DNA of 54,613 bases, counting the filler, from Jimgerdemannia flammicorona (taxonomy: Eukaryota), in assembly GCA_003990765.1 (NCBI GenBank). It is 2 parts of 2 records of this genome, joined end to end, with 100 filler letters (N's around TTAATTAATTAA, not from the genome) between each part and the next. Parts side by side here need not be neighbours in the genome. Positions count along the whole stretch, not along the records: positions 27,369 to 54,613 come from RBNJ01000647.1; 1 more part is not named here. The stretch is one strand, 5' to 3'. Shown here one piece after another: positions 36,906 to 48,800 of this stretch. The notes beneath the pieces were generated by a model. It made no database searches. It worked only from the letters and a program-made list of their open reading frames with translations, and was not told the DNA's origin. The translations under genes were made by a program, and so were the position numbers. Within the stretch, counting starts at the first letter, position 1. Each line of letters opens with the position of its first letter.

Positions 36906-37417
36906 GCCAAAGGATTGATCAGCATCTCCAGACATTGGTCCTCAGCTCCTTCCAAGCCCTACCAGTCCCTCTATCCCAATTCGGCCAAGCCAATGGAAGC
37001 CCCCTTCAAAGGATCCAAGCTCATCAAGAAAATCTCACCTTGGCCAGATGCCTACTACAAGTCCACCAACTGCAGGCCTATTATGCAATCAGTGAGCAAT
37101 TGCAGAACCTCTCAGCCCCAGAACAGACCTACATTAGGAACACCACAGGTCTGACCAGAAGAGACACTACTGCTGCAGACAGACTATACACCATTTACAA
37201 ACGAAATGTCACAGCCCTGATACAGGCACAATTCTCCCTGAATGATATTCAAGGAATGAATCCTGTTACCTATTTGAGCATCATCAACTCTGTCAAAATC
37301 CTATTCCCTGAAGAAGAAGAAGAGCCCATAGAATGGAGTGATCCCAATATAGATAATGAAGATGATGGAACAGGTATAGATGCAGAAGCAGCCTATGCTT
37401 ATTGGGATGATAACTGA
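36902..37417 (+). CDS. Extra ORF (171 aa) between integrase and 3' LTR; function unknown
   Basis: Open frame MSQRIDQHLQ...AYAYWDDN. Its ATG overlaps the pol stop (ATGA). Acidic C-terminal tail. Confidence 0.65.
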   Translation: MSQRIDQHLQTLVLSSFQALPVPLSQFGQANGSPLQRIQAHQENLTLARCLLQVHQLQAYYAISEQLQNLSAPEQTYIRNTTGLTRRDTTAADRLYTIYKRNVTALIQAQFSLNDIQGMNPVTYLSIINSVKILFPEEEEEPIEWSDPNIDNEDDGTGIDAEAAYAYWDDN

Positions 37418-37456
37418 AGAATAGCCTGGGACAGACTACCCTTCAGTCGGGGCTGA

Positions 37457-38866
37457 TGTGACAAACCAAAACATATCACCCAAATTATATCTTAACCAGA
37501 TGACACGAATAATTAGGCAAGATGACATGAATACACAGTATAGTAACCAGCAACCATTGCTGCAGAAAACTGTATAAATAGCCAGATATACCAGAAAGGC
37601 TCTGTTTACCTGTACAGACTCTGTACACCATACAGACTCTGTATACTGTACAGGTCCTGTACACCATACAGACTCTGTATATCTGCCATAAGTAGCAGAT
37701 CTATAGTTAGCCACATAGTAACCAGATAGCAACCAACTTGTATAAATTACCCCAGAGACAAGAGTGAATAAACCTCAGTCTGAAATACAAACACCAAAGA
37801 AGCCTCTAAAAATTGAGCTTTGGTCCCCTTTCTACTCCAGTCTACTTTCTGATATAAAGAATAAGTTTATTTTTGGTTCGCTTGCCAGATAAGCCTGAAG
37901 ATTTGCCACCTAAGTTCAAGGAGAACTTCACTGCCTTTTGAGTAATCCACTGCTTAAGGAATAAGCTGCCATTTCCAAGTAATCCTCTGCCTTCCCAAGA
38001 AAGCTGCCTTGCTCAAGCCAGTTTCTAATGCAACTTCGCAGTAGAGCCAGTCTACAATGTAACTCCATGTAAATGAAGTCAGTCTTTGACAAAACATTCC
38101 CAAGAGACCCTTTTCTAAAGAATGCTGCCAGTTGTTCATATTCCCAGAAGAGCCTAATCCAGAAGAACTCACACCATCCAAGTTATTCCCAGTTGAAGCT
38201 GCCTTTTTCAAGAAGTCTACCAATTCAGGAGAATCTGCGTTATCCGCCATTTTCAAGTTATCTGCCATATCCCCAGTTGAAGCTGCAGTTTTCAGGTTAT
38301 CCGCATTCCCAGAAGAACCTGATCCATGCTGTCTGAGTTATTATTCCCAGAAGCCTGCCAATTCAGAAAGAATCTGCAACCTCCAAATTATTCATTGTTC
38401 CCAGTAAGCCCAAGTTATCAAGTTCTCCAATTCCTAGTAAACCCGCACCCAAATCAAGTTATCTGCAGTCATCCAGAAATCACATACTTTTGAGATCACC
38501 ACCACCAAAGAAGGAAACCGTTAAATTGCCAGACCATTATATATAAGGAGATCATTGCGCTGCACAAGAGATCATCACACCAGAAATCATATACTTTTGG
38601 AGATTGCATCACTATACAAAATTCTACCATTCCCAGTTGACCCAAGAAGGAAACCTGTTTATACAAATCGCTGCTACACCCAGAGAACAGTCCCAATAAG
38701 GAAATCGCTTGCAGATATCCAGTTTTGACTATTATACTACTAAACACCAAGGACCTCAGGAATCTTAGAACATTTTGTTGCTTTTTGACAAAGTAACTGG
38801 GGGCTCAAGCCAAACTACATCAATCTCCAACCATGTAATTTGCCTTCATTGAGCTGGCATGTTATA
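37457..38866 (+). repeat. 3' LTR
   Basis: Starts TGTGACAAACC and aligns with the 5' LTR. Carries extra CAGACTCTGTA-type internal repeats. Confidence 0.9.
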
Positions 38867-38870
38867 CTAG

Positions 38871-39900
38871 TCTTAGTATATTTTTACATCTTTTTGTTAG
38901 TTTTTTCTTATTATTTCTTAAATATTCTACTATGTTCTTCTACCTTCTACTTGCTTAGAAACCTTTTCTTGGTATCCAGACACTACTAGAATACTCTTAT
39001 CTTTTCTTGGTACCAAGTATCTTATCTTAGCTAGTTATAGAACCTTTTGGAATATTGTAGAACCATATTAGTCATCCTTGCTGAGAACCTATTTCTTGGT
39101 ATTTCTCTTTCTTTCCAAGATCCTTCCAGATCTTTCTTTCAGATCCTATACAAATATCCTTATTCTCTGCCTAAATAAAGCTCAGAATATTTTCTCCAAG
39201 AAATCCTTCAAGAATACTTAAACCTTTAAGTATCTCTTTGAGCTACTTTAGGCCAACTAGAACTTCCAGATTTAGCCACTTTCTCTTAAAGAAACTAGAA
39301 CTATTACAATTCTAGTATATATAACTGATAGTTTTTCTTTCTTTAGTATTTCTTTATTAGTTTTAAATTGGGTTCAACTTCTGTTAATAATTATTTGTAT
39401 TTATTCTTCTAATATTAAGACATATTTTACTATCTCAAATAGATAATAATTCTGTAGTAGAGTTTCTTATTCATTTTGGTTTTACTAGTTATGAGTTCTT
39501 CAGATATCTGTAAGAGTATATTTATATTGATATTACTTCTTCTAAGTAGTGAATAATAGTGATATTATAGGCTTATAGTTTTATAATCTATCTGGTAAAT
39601 ATTCCTTTGAGTTGACTTATAATTAACAATTAGATAAAAGCTGAATAATTGGTTAGAATTATGAAGTATCTTTCTATAAAATAGTAGTAGAACTTTTCTA
39701 TAGTCCAAATAACTAAAAGATACTCCAGCTGACAGAATTCATATTCTTTTTCTTCTTTATAGATTTCTTAGCTAAGATATATAATTATATATTCAACTTT
39801 ATTCTTTTTTTATATAAAGATAGCTCTAGTCTAATTGAGCTTGCATCTATCTGTAAAATGAACTTTTGAGACCAGTTAGGTCTTCTTAAGATAACTAATG
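38871..39900 (-). mobile_element. Highly decayed gypsy RNase H region remnant
   Basis: The minus strand reads RRPNWSQKFILQIDASS at ~39840-39890. Very AT-rich with many stops. Confidence 0.55.
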
Positions 39901-40005
39901 AGTCAGAACACAGTCATATAATCCTATCAAATTTAAATTTACTAATGACTTCTATGCTATTTATAGATTTACATACTGTCTGAATAAAGATTAATGAGAT
40001 CACTA

Positions 40006-43000
40006 TTTTTTTTTTTTTTTATAGTCTCTTGGACTCTTCCTTTATTACACCCATCTATCCCATATAAGTACAGTGAACCCACTCCCTATCCAATCCCCCT
40101 AGGGGGGCCCCTCCCCCCTACCTCTTCTCGATGAAAAACCACTCTATTGAATACAATTCCCACTCTCCCACCACTCTGTTTGTATATTCTTGTCACCAAA
40201 TCTCGCCATCACCCCCCTAAAGGACCCCAACCTATCCACCATCCAGTCATCAGATCTCCCAACAGCTTCTCCCACCTTAAAACCTTCTCTTGCAGTATCA
40301 CCTGCCACCCCTCCTCAAATACAAATAGCCAATATCCTGCCAATCCCACTCAAACTACTAACCCCCACCCAATAGTGAGCCAACTATCACCCACCCCCCC
40401 CCCACTAGCCAAGATCTCAAGTTCTCCCAGTGATCCCCCTCACCTGCCAGCCTGTACTTTATACCCAGTCTATTCTCTATTTCAATCCAAAAGTCCCCCA
40501 AAACCTCACACTCTCCCAGCCAATGTTCCAGTGTCTACACCAAACCCCCAGCTTGCCCTATATTGTAATACTCCTCACAATCAAAACAGCCACCATCCAC
40601 CAGATGTCTGGTGTAGAAATTCAGCATGACATTCCTCTGCAGTATTTACCACCACACCACCCAGAACTTGGGGGGAAGCCACCACCGTACCTCAGCACTC
40701 CAAGACCAGATACCTGCCCAGTCCCACTCCTTGCCGATCCTGACTGCCTGCCAACCACTTGGCCAAAAATCCTGGCCAAGACCCTGCTGATACTCCACTC
40801 TATCCCCAATATCAAAAGTAGCAAGTGGAGTGCCCCCCAGTAGCAGTCTATCCTATTACCACATACTAGGTCCCCACAATACCTCCCCCTCATTGCCTTG
40901 CTAGCACAGACCAATTCTGTGTACTCCATTGACCACTCCCTACCAAAAGCCCTTAAACCGCAGCCTCCGAATTCCATTGAGTCCTACCAAAGAGAGTAGA
41001 TCTCCTGAGGACCCTTGGGGGGAGGTTCTCATCTCCCACACCTTCTGCAGCAGAGGTACCCAACCTCCTCCTTATAGTTCAGCTGCTCTCTTCAACCACT
41101 AGGCTCGCAAGCAGTGTAACTTCTTAGGGAAATCCACAAGACCAAGACCTCCCTGGACCACCAGTGTTGCAAGAGTATCCCAACTGATCTGGGATCTCCT
41201 CCCTGCCCAAATCCAATCCCTAGCCACCTTTGTCAGCCTCTTCACCACCCAAGCTGGGAAGTCCAGGTGGTAGGCTACATACCACAGCTTGGGAAACCAG
41301 TATATATTCAGAATTGATACCCGCCCTGCTAGAGAGATATGGCAGCCTCCCCAACATCGAAGGGCCTCCCCCCAAACAGCCACCCTGCTCTCCCACCACA
41401 CTTGTGACAAGACAGAGCCATACACAGAGAGAAAGATACCCAGATATCATACCACCTCACCAGTAGGGATAATTGTTCCAATGATGTCCCCACTCACTAG
41501 CTCATTCTCTAGCACTATAGTCTCACACTTATGTCAGTTGAGCTTTGCCCCAGAGTGATCCTCATACCATTCCACCATCTCCTTAAGTGCCTCGACATCT
41601 GCCACAGACCTAAGGCCAACCACTATATCATCTGCAAAGGCTCCCACCTTCCACACTATGCCATAGATAGAGAGCCCTACCACCTTCTGGTGAATCCTAT
41701 CCATCAATGGTTCCAATAAGAGGGCATAAAGAATAGGGGACAGGGGGTCCCCTTGAGGAACCCCTCTTCTCAAGGTAAACACCAGATCATAGTGACCATT
41801 ACACATCAGCACTGCCTGACTGCCCTCTAGCAGACTCAACATAGAAGCCCAAAATCCAGGAGAAACACCAATATGATCCAACACCTTGCCCAGCCAGACC
41901 CACCAGACCCAGTCATAGGCCTTTTCCTGGTCTAAGAAGACCAACCTTCCATTCAGGCCACAAGCCTGGGCCCCTTCAATGATACCATACATCCATGCAG
42001 TCCCATCTCTTATAAGTCTGTCTCCAATAAAGCCCCACTGCTCCTCCCCCAGCACCTGTTGGGCAACCTTCTGCAGCCTTATAACAACCACCTTAGTCAC
42101 CATCTTCCTGTCTATGTCCAAAAGCATGATCAGTTGCCAGTTCTTCCAGTCTTCTCTCCTCTCCTTGTCTTTATACAATAAAGTCACCAGCCCAAGGTCC
42201 TGCTCTCCAACCTACTCACCACTCTGAAGAACATGATCACAGAGAGCAGTCATCTCACCCAAAATGCTGGGGATCTTAACCATCTTCTTCCAAAAGTCCC
42301 ATGGTAGTCCATCCTTCCCTGGTGCTGTTCCAGTTTTAGTTACTGCAAGGACACTCTGGACCTCCTCACCTTGCACTGGCAAGGCCAAGTCATCTAGTCT
42401 AGCCACTTGCGGTGGCCTCCATTCCCCTAATGTATCTTATAGCTACCTCATCAGCACCCCCTTCTTCCTCACTCTACAAACCCTGCCATCTCTCTTTCAA
42501 AATCCCTAAGATTTATTGCATGCCATGTACTATGTCCCCATCAGCATCTAGGACTCCATCCCACCAATGTCTCATCCTCCTAGCTTTGAGCAGATGAGAT
42601 AAATATCTAGTAGGCTACTCACCCTCCTCAAGTCCCTGCCACCTTAGCCTAGCAGCCATACCTCACATATATACCTCCTCCTCTTCTCTCAACACCTGTT
42701 GCAGTTCCATTATCTCCAATTTAATCTGTACTAACCTCCAATCCTCCACCCCATCAGAAGTAAGCAAACCTGCCCAATCCATTTGCAATCTCCTCAGCCT
42801 GTTGGAAGCACACCTCGTGTACTTCCTCCTCTGTCTCCCAGCTTCTCTCCCAGCCCCTCTCCAATAGACCCTCACAGCCTCTTTCAATCTCATCCAATGG
42901 ACACCCACTGACAAACCCTCACACCTCCAGCAAGAAACTTTTGCCTGAATGTCCTCTACCCATGAATCCCACAACCCCTTCTCCACCAGCAGGGAGGAGT

Positions 43001-45885
43001 TAAGGTGCCAATATCTGGGTCCATCTCCACTCCCCCCAAACTGCCCCTGTCCCAATAGTTCCCAGTGATCAGACCATGGGCACCATTCCACCTCCAATAC
43101 CTTCCAGACACCAGACCCCCAGCATTCTGCCATCAGAATCCAGTCAATCCTTGTACCTAAGCCATTCACCTAATATGTATATGTAGACCCTGGAGTTGCC
43201 CTATCATGTTCTGCCCATATCTCCTAAGGAGCTCAGCTACTCCACCTCCTCCCATGCATCCAGGCCTCCACTTCTCCCTCCTGAACTCCTCCCACCATTA
43301 GTTCAGTCCAGATGCTAATCCCAAACCATATTAAAGTCCCCCCCAAGCACATCAACCCCTTCTGCCAAGAGAATACCCTCCTCCAGCAACTTCTTAATCC
43401 ATGCAATCCTCTCACCCCTAACCACAGGGCAGTAGCAAGAGCCAACCCTCACTGTCTCCCACCCTGGCTGATGCCAATCTCCCCAGACCAAGCAATCACC
43501 CCAGCTCCCAATACCCCTCAAGTCTCCTCTACCCTTCCTCATCAGAATCACCACTTTTCCAAACCAAGCAGTAGCCCCACTCCATTCTCTAGTCCACTCA
43601 ACCCAATTATCCTCATCCTTACACTGAACATTCTGCAGTAAAAAGAGATCGGTCTCCAATCCCTTGAGCCAATTAAAAATGTTCTTATGCCACCCAGATC
43701 CCCTTAGCCTATTCACATTCAAAGAGAAAATGTTGGTTGTACTGTTCATAAGAGAAAAAAGTTGTATCGTGAACCCACCCTCTATAATTCCATATCCTGC
43801 TCCTCCTGTAACAAATCCAAGTCATGATCAGCAGCTAGTTCCCTTTCACCAGCTTTCTGTGCCTCCAACCCTCCCAGAAGTTCTACCATTGCTCCATCTT
43901 CCTGCTCCTCAAAGTCCTCATGATATTCCAGACAGGTCTTCTACCAGAACCACAAACCATGCTGCTCCACCCAACAGTATGCCACCTGCTCACCAGTGAC
44001 CACCACCAGCTCGGCCCTCCTCACCTCATCAATCTCATATTCCTCCTCCTCCAGAAAAATTGAAAGAATCTCCCCCTTCAGTGCCTCCACCACTCTCTTG
44101 CCATGCAAAATCTGTGCCCAATGCTCCTCAGGCATTACCCACAGATCCACTTCTCCCAAAGTCTCAGCCACAAGGTTATCCATCACCTTGCTCATCTACA
44201 GCAAGTTCCCCACCTCTTTCCCTTCTGGAGTTCCCAGCCATCCTATATCCAATATCATGGTGTCAGCCCCTATACTGGCAGCCTCATCCCACTCTTCCTC
44301 AGGGACATCTACCAGCTCATCCTCACCAACTACTACCACCTGACTCCCTTTTTCCACCTCAGGGACCCCAAAGTGTACTCACTGGGCCCCCTTCATTGGT
44401 ACATCCTCTGTTGTCCATCTCTTTCCAGCTGGACCCCTCCTGATAAGAGGGGGGGAGGTTGTATCCAGCTCCTGCTCCCAGACCTCGAAAGTGCCATCAG
44501 TATAGGGGTCCTTACTCAGTATCTTTTCAGCCTCTTCCTTGCCTGCCTCCATCTCCCCCACCCCTTTGCTCACCCAAATACTGGCTTCAACACCCCCAGA
44601 CTCTTCAGCTTCCACTGCCTTCTACTTTGCCCCTACTTTCATACTTGCAAGTAGCTCTCTCTGTCTCCTGTGCCCCTATGCCTGCTCCTACTGCTTCCTG
44701 TCAGTGCAGATGCATTTCCCATCTACAATCTCCAGATACATCAACTCCTCATATATCTTTCAGGCTCTTGCCCTCCTCTCTACAGCTCCACTCATCTCCT
44801 CTAGCACCTCCAACAAGTCCTCCTCCTCCTCCTCACTCCCCTTCACCCTTGATACCTTACAGATGAATGCCCTCTACATCAGCACAGAAGGTCAGTCACT
44901 TACCTTCTCCGTGGCCTCCTTGCCTACCAGCTGAATCCTGTTATCAATGTTGCCTGTCCTGATCATCATCCCCTCCTATACCTGAAAACTGATGTCCACC
45001 ACATCACCATACTCAATCATCACCTCCTCCACCCTCTTCTTAGTCTCCTCCTTAGTCACCATGGGCACCCCCTTCACCAGAAGCTGCACCACCCTGGGGT
45101 CCCACCATAAGCACCACACCATGGGGACCACCATCTCCCCAACCATGACTTTAGTCTTCAGTGTCTCATCCAGTAGGCCTGCCTCCTCAAAGCCCACCTC
45201 GACTCCCTCCAGATCCTTTAAGAACTTCACCAAGGCCACTCCAGCCACCTGCTTCGAAACAAGCCCCAGAACCATCCTCATCGTCACTGTCAAGCCCCAG
45301 AAGCACAAGGTCACCACAAACTCTGAGATCAACTTCTTGAGCAATGGGGTCACTGCCAGCCCTGTTACACCATCTGCCAGGTCCCCCTTCCACATTGAGA
45401 ACCCCTGCCCCACCTGGTCATCAGCTGTCACATCTCCTTTTTTTTTCTGATTCTCCATCACACTCCCATCAACAGTCACACCCCCAGCCACAGCACCTCC
45501 AGCCCCTATGCCTGCACTCCCAGCCAGAGCACCACCCCCCCTCCCAAGGCTCACCTTGCCCTTCCCCTCAGCAGCACCAGCCCTAGTACTAGCTGGCCAC
45601 CCACTCTCCTTAACCTTGTCTGTGAAGCTCAGGAGACCAGATCTTCCCCCATTGCCACCAGACACCAGTCTCTCTCCAGAGCCTTCTCCACTCTTTGGCC
45701 CTCCAAAGGCCCCCATCTCCAGATCATAACCCCTCCCCACCTGCTGCCAGTCAAAGGCCCTAGGTCCACCTGACCTAGTACATACACCTGTATGTTCATT
45801 GCTTTCCATGTTGCTAGTTGCCTTTCACCAAAAACATTATCAAAAGTATTACCTGAGTCTTGTGTCATCTGAATATTACTGGTGA
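40006..45885 (-). mobile_element. L1/Tx1-like non-LTR retrotransposon (ORF1 plus APE-RT ORF2), disrupted
   Basis: Poly(A) tail appears as a T run at 40006-40020. ORF2 starts at 43749 with SLNVN.L, GGDFN, TRIDW and SDH (APE), then APGKDGLP, LDQEKAYD, GVPQGDPLSP and FADD (RT). ORF1 starts at 45809. Confidence 0.92.
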
Positions 45886-48800
45886 AAGGTGTTCTCAGAG
45901 TTTGTCCATCTATGCTTCTTAAATAGATGCTAGTTTCTCTGATATTGTGTACAAGATAAGGTCCTTCCCATTTGGGTTCCAGTTTGGCAGCAAAGTTTGT
46001 TTCTATCATACTTCTCCAAACCAGGACTTAATCACCAATCTTAATCTTCTAATCCTTCTATTTCTGGTCATAATACTTCTTTTGTCTTTCCTGGACCTTG
46101 ATAATCTGGATTCGGGCTTCATTTTGCAGCTGATCTCCCTTTTCAAGAAGCTTTCTGAGGTTCTCATGGTCAGTAGTTCTGGTTTTCTTAATAAATATCA
46201 TTTTGAAGGGCTTTTGTTTGGTTGATGCAGCAGGGGTATTTCAGATTTCCCATAGGATCTCAGGTAAGCAGAGGTCCCAATTGGTTGGATTGACTCAGGT
46301 AAGTTCTTTCTTAATGGTCTGGTTTATTCTTTCTGTCATACCATTGGTCTGAGGGTAGTATGATATGGTCCTTTTGAGGTGGATCTTGTGAATTTAGACA
46401 TAACTCGTGATTATGTTGTTGATGAATTCTGTGCCTCAGTCAGAGATAAGTTCTTCTGGGGCTCTATATCTGAGTGTGAGTCCATGGAGGAGGCCTACAA
46501 TAGTTAAGACATCTACAATTTCTATTGAGAAAGTCTTGGACCACTTAGTCAGAATGTATTTGTTTCTTCTTGGTGTAACTGGTAGGGGTCCAATTACATC
46601 TACTCCCCATCTTTGAAAGATGTGAGTGGGTGGGGGAATCAGTTGCAGAGGGGCTTGATAGTTCTTCTTTCCTTAGTACTTCTGGCAGGTGTCATATTTC
46701 TGAATGATGTCTCAGACTTGGGTTCTGAGGTGAGGCCAATGTTGATATTGTTTTCAAATCTTGTCTTCTATACTTATCTGTCCTTGGTGGGCTTTCTGAT
46801 GTTCTTGTTGGATGAGATCTTCTTATTCCTTAATAGTCTGAGGAGCCTCCTTCGGGGTGTAGTTCCTTGGGACACCCTTCTTCTGATTCATTGGGGCTGG
46901 TAGGAAAGTATATCAACATTGTTGTGAGCTTTCTCTGCTTTGTAGATGATGGTGATTTTGTAACCCTGAAGGATAAGGATCCAATGAGCTAGGATTCCAG
47001 TTAGTTCCTTGTGGTTAAATAACTATTTGAGGGCTGTATGGTCTGTGATCAGGGTGAATCTTTTTCCAATAAGGTAATGCTTGAATAGGGTGACTGCCCA
47101 TATGACTGCAAGGCATTCCAGTTTGGTGCTACCATAGTTCATCTGCTGCTGATTGGTAGCTCTACTTGCATAAGCTATTACATGGTGCTATTGTTGAGGT
47201 ATCAATTCTTCTCCAATATTGGTGGAAGGCTTCACTGTCTCCTGGGTTGCAGAGGGGCCTTTCCTTTCTTCTGGGACCTTTTGCCATTTCCCAATAGGTT
47301 TAGTTCATAAACTTCCCTATGAGTTTGGTTGAGAAAAGGCACCAGATGTCCTATGATGGTTCCTTTCAGCAAGATGATGGTCTCCCAACTTTGGTTGGTT
47401 GCTCAGGAGTGTACTGAGTTTATCTTGTCAGGGAATGTGTGTCTCTCTATGTCCAGGTATGAGATATCTTCCTTGGGTTCAAAGAAAAGATTTCTGGGGT
47501 CAGGTGGTGTAAAGATTTCGAAGGTAGTTTGTTCTCCAGGCTCCAGGATGAGATTCTTGTGCAGTCTGACTGGTTGCCAGTACACTTGCTGGGGAATATT
47601 CCTCTTGAGGTAGTTGACTTGAAGGAGATGTACCTCCTTCCTGTCTGAACTTCCAAATCTCTTGGCTTGTCTTATTCCTTCAGTTAGTTCAGAGACTTTC
47701 TGTAACTGTGGGGTCTTGACCTTCATGACGACTGCTTGGGCAATCTTCTGTCCTCTAATGATTTGGTGCCATTCTGCACTACTGTTGTATAGGATAACCT
47801 TGATTTTGCCTATATATCCAGGGTCAATGGTTCCTCCTTCTACAGTTATCCCTTGTCTGGCAAGTCTGGACCTTGAGGTCAGTTGAATATAAGCTCCTTG
47901 GGGTGGCTATATGGCTAATCTGATTCTGACTATGAAGGTTTTTCCAGGCTTGATAGATTCATCCTCCAGGCTGTGAAGATCATATCCTACATCCTCTGGG
48001 TGGGCTTTGGTCAGAGGTTTAGCCTTGGGGTATAGCAGGGCATACTGGGCAATGTCCTCACTGAGTTCAGACTTTTCTAAGGCTGAAGCTCCACTAGCGG
48101 AAAGCCTCCAAGCTTTAAGGTTGAGGTGGGGCCATCTGGCTCCAGTAGAGGGGTCTCAGAGGTAATTGATTCCCCTCCTTCCTGTAGGGTCAAGGGCTTC
48201 CATGAAGTTGGTAGCATCTTCTGCCCATCCTTGGTGAGTTGCATGTCTGATGAGAGCTAGGATATCTTCTCCCAGATCATAGATCTTGAGGATTCTTTTT
48301 CTGGACTTCTTGGTCTGGCTTTTTCGAATCTGGCTTTTTCAGATCTGGCTTCGATTATCTTCTTTCTTCAAAGTGTGCACTGCAACATCATGACTGAGGT
48401 GAATTTTCTGATGTCTGCAGTCTCGGCAGTCAGGGTGTCTCTCATGGTTGCAATATCCTATTGCCCAAAAATGATGTTCCCAGCTATTTATCTCTTGTTG
48501 TCTTGGGAATCAGTACCCATCTTGATCATAGGTTGGGGGAAGGGTAGACAAGGGGTATATTTCTGTTTGGGTGAAGAAGCCTTGTCCCCTAAATCGACTT
48601 TGTAACCTTGTGGTGACTTCTTGAAAGATGGTGGACTGTGCAAGGGTAGTTGGGGGTTCTGGTCTCTGGGGTTTCTATCTTTCTTGTTAGTCCAACAGGT
48701 GACACTGATAGCAGTAGTCTTGGGGAGAGTGGAAGATCATTTGATGTGGACATCTTCCTAGTCAAAAAGCTTTCTCTTGGTGGGTTTCTTTCTTGGTGAT

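Larger units (their letters stand above)
28538..38866 (+). mobile_element. Full-length, mutated Ty3/gypsy LTR retrotransposon with dUTPase and extra 3' ORF
   Basis: Paired LTRs, a PBS, and the domain order gag(CCHC)-PR-dUTPase-RT-RH-IN. CTAG flanks both ends (28534-28537, 38867-38870) and may be a 4-bp TSD. Confidence 0.93.
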
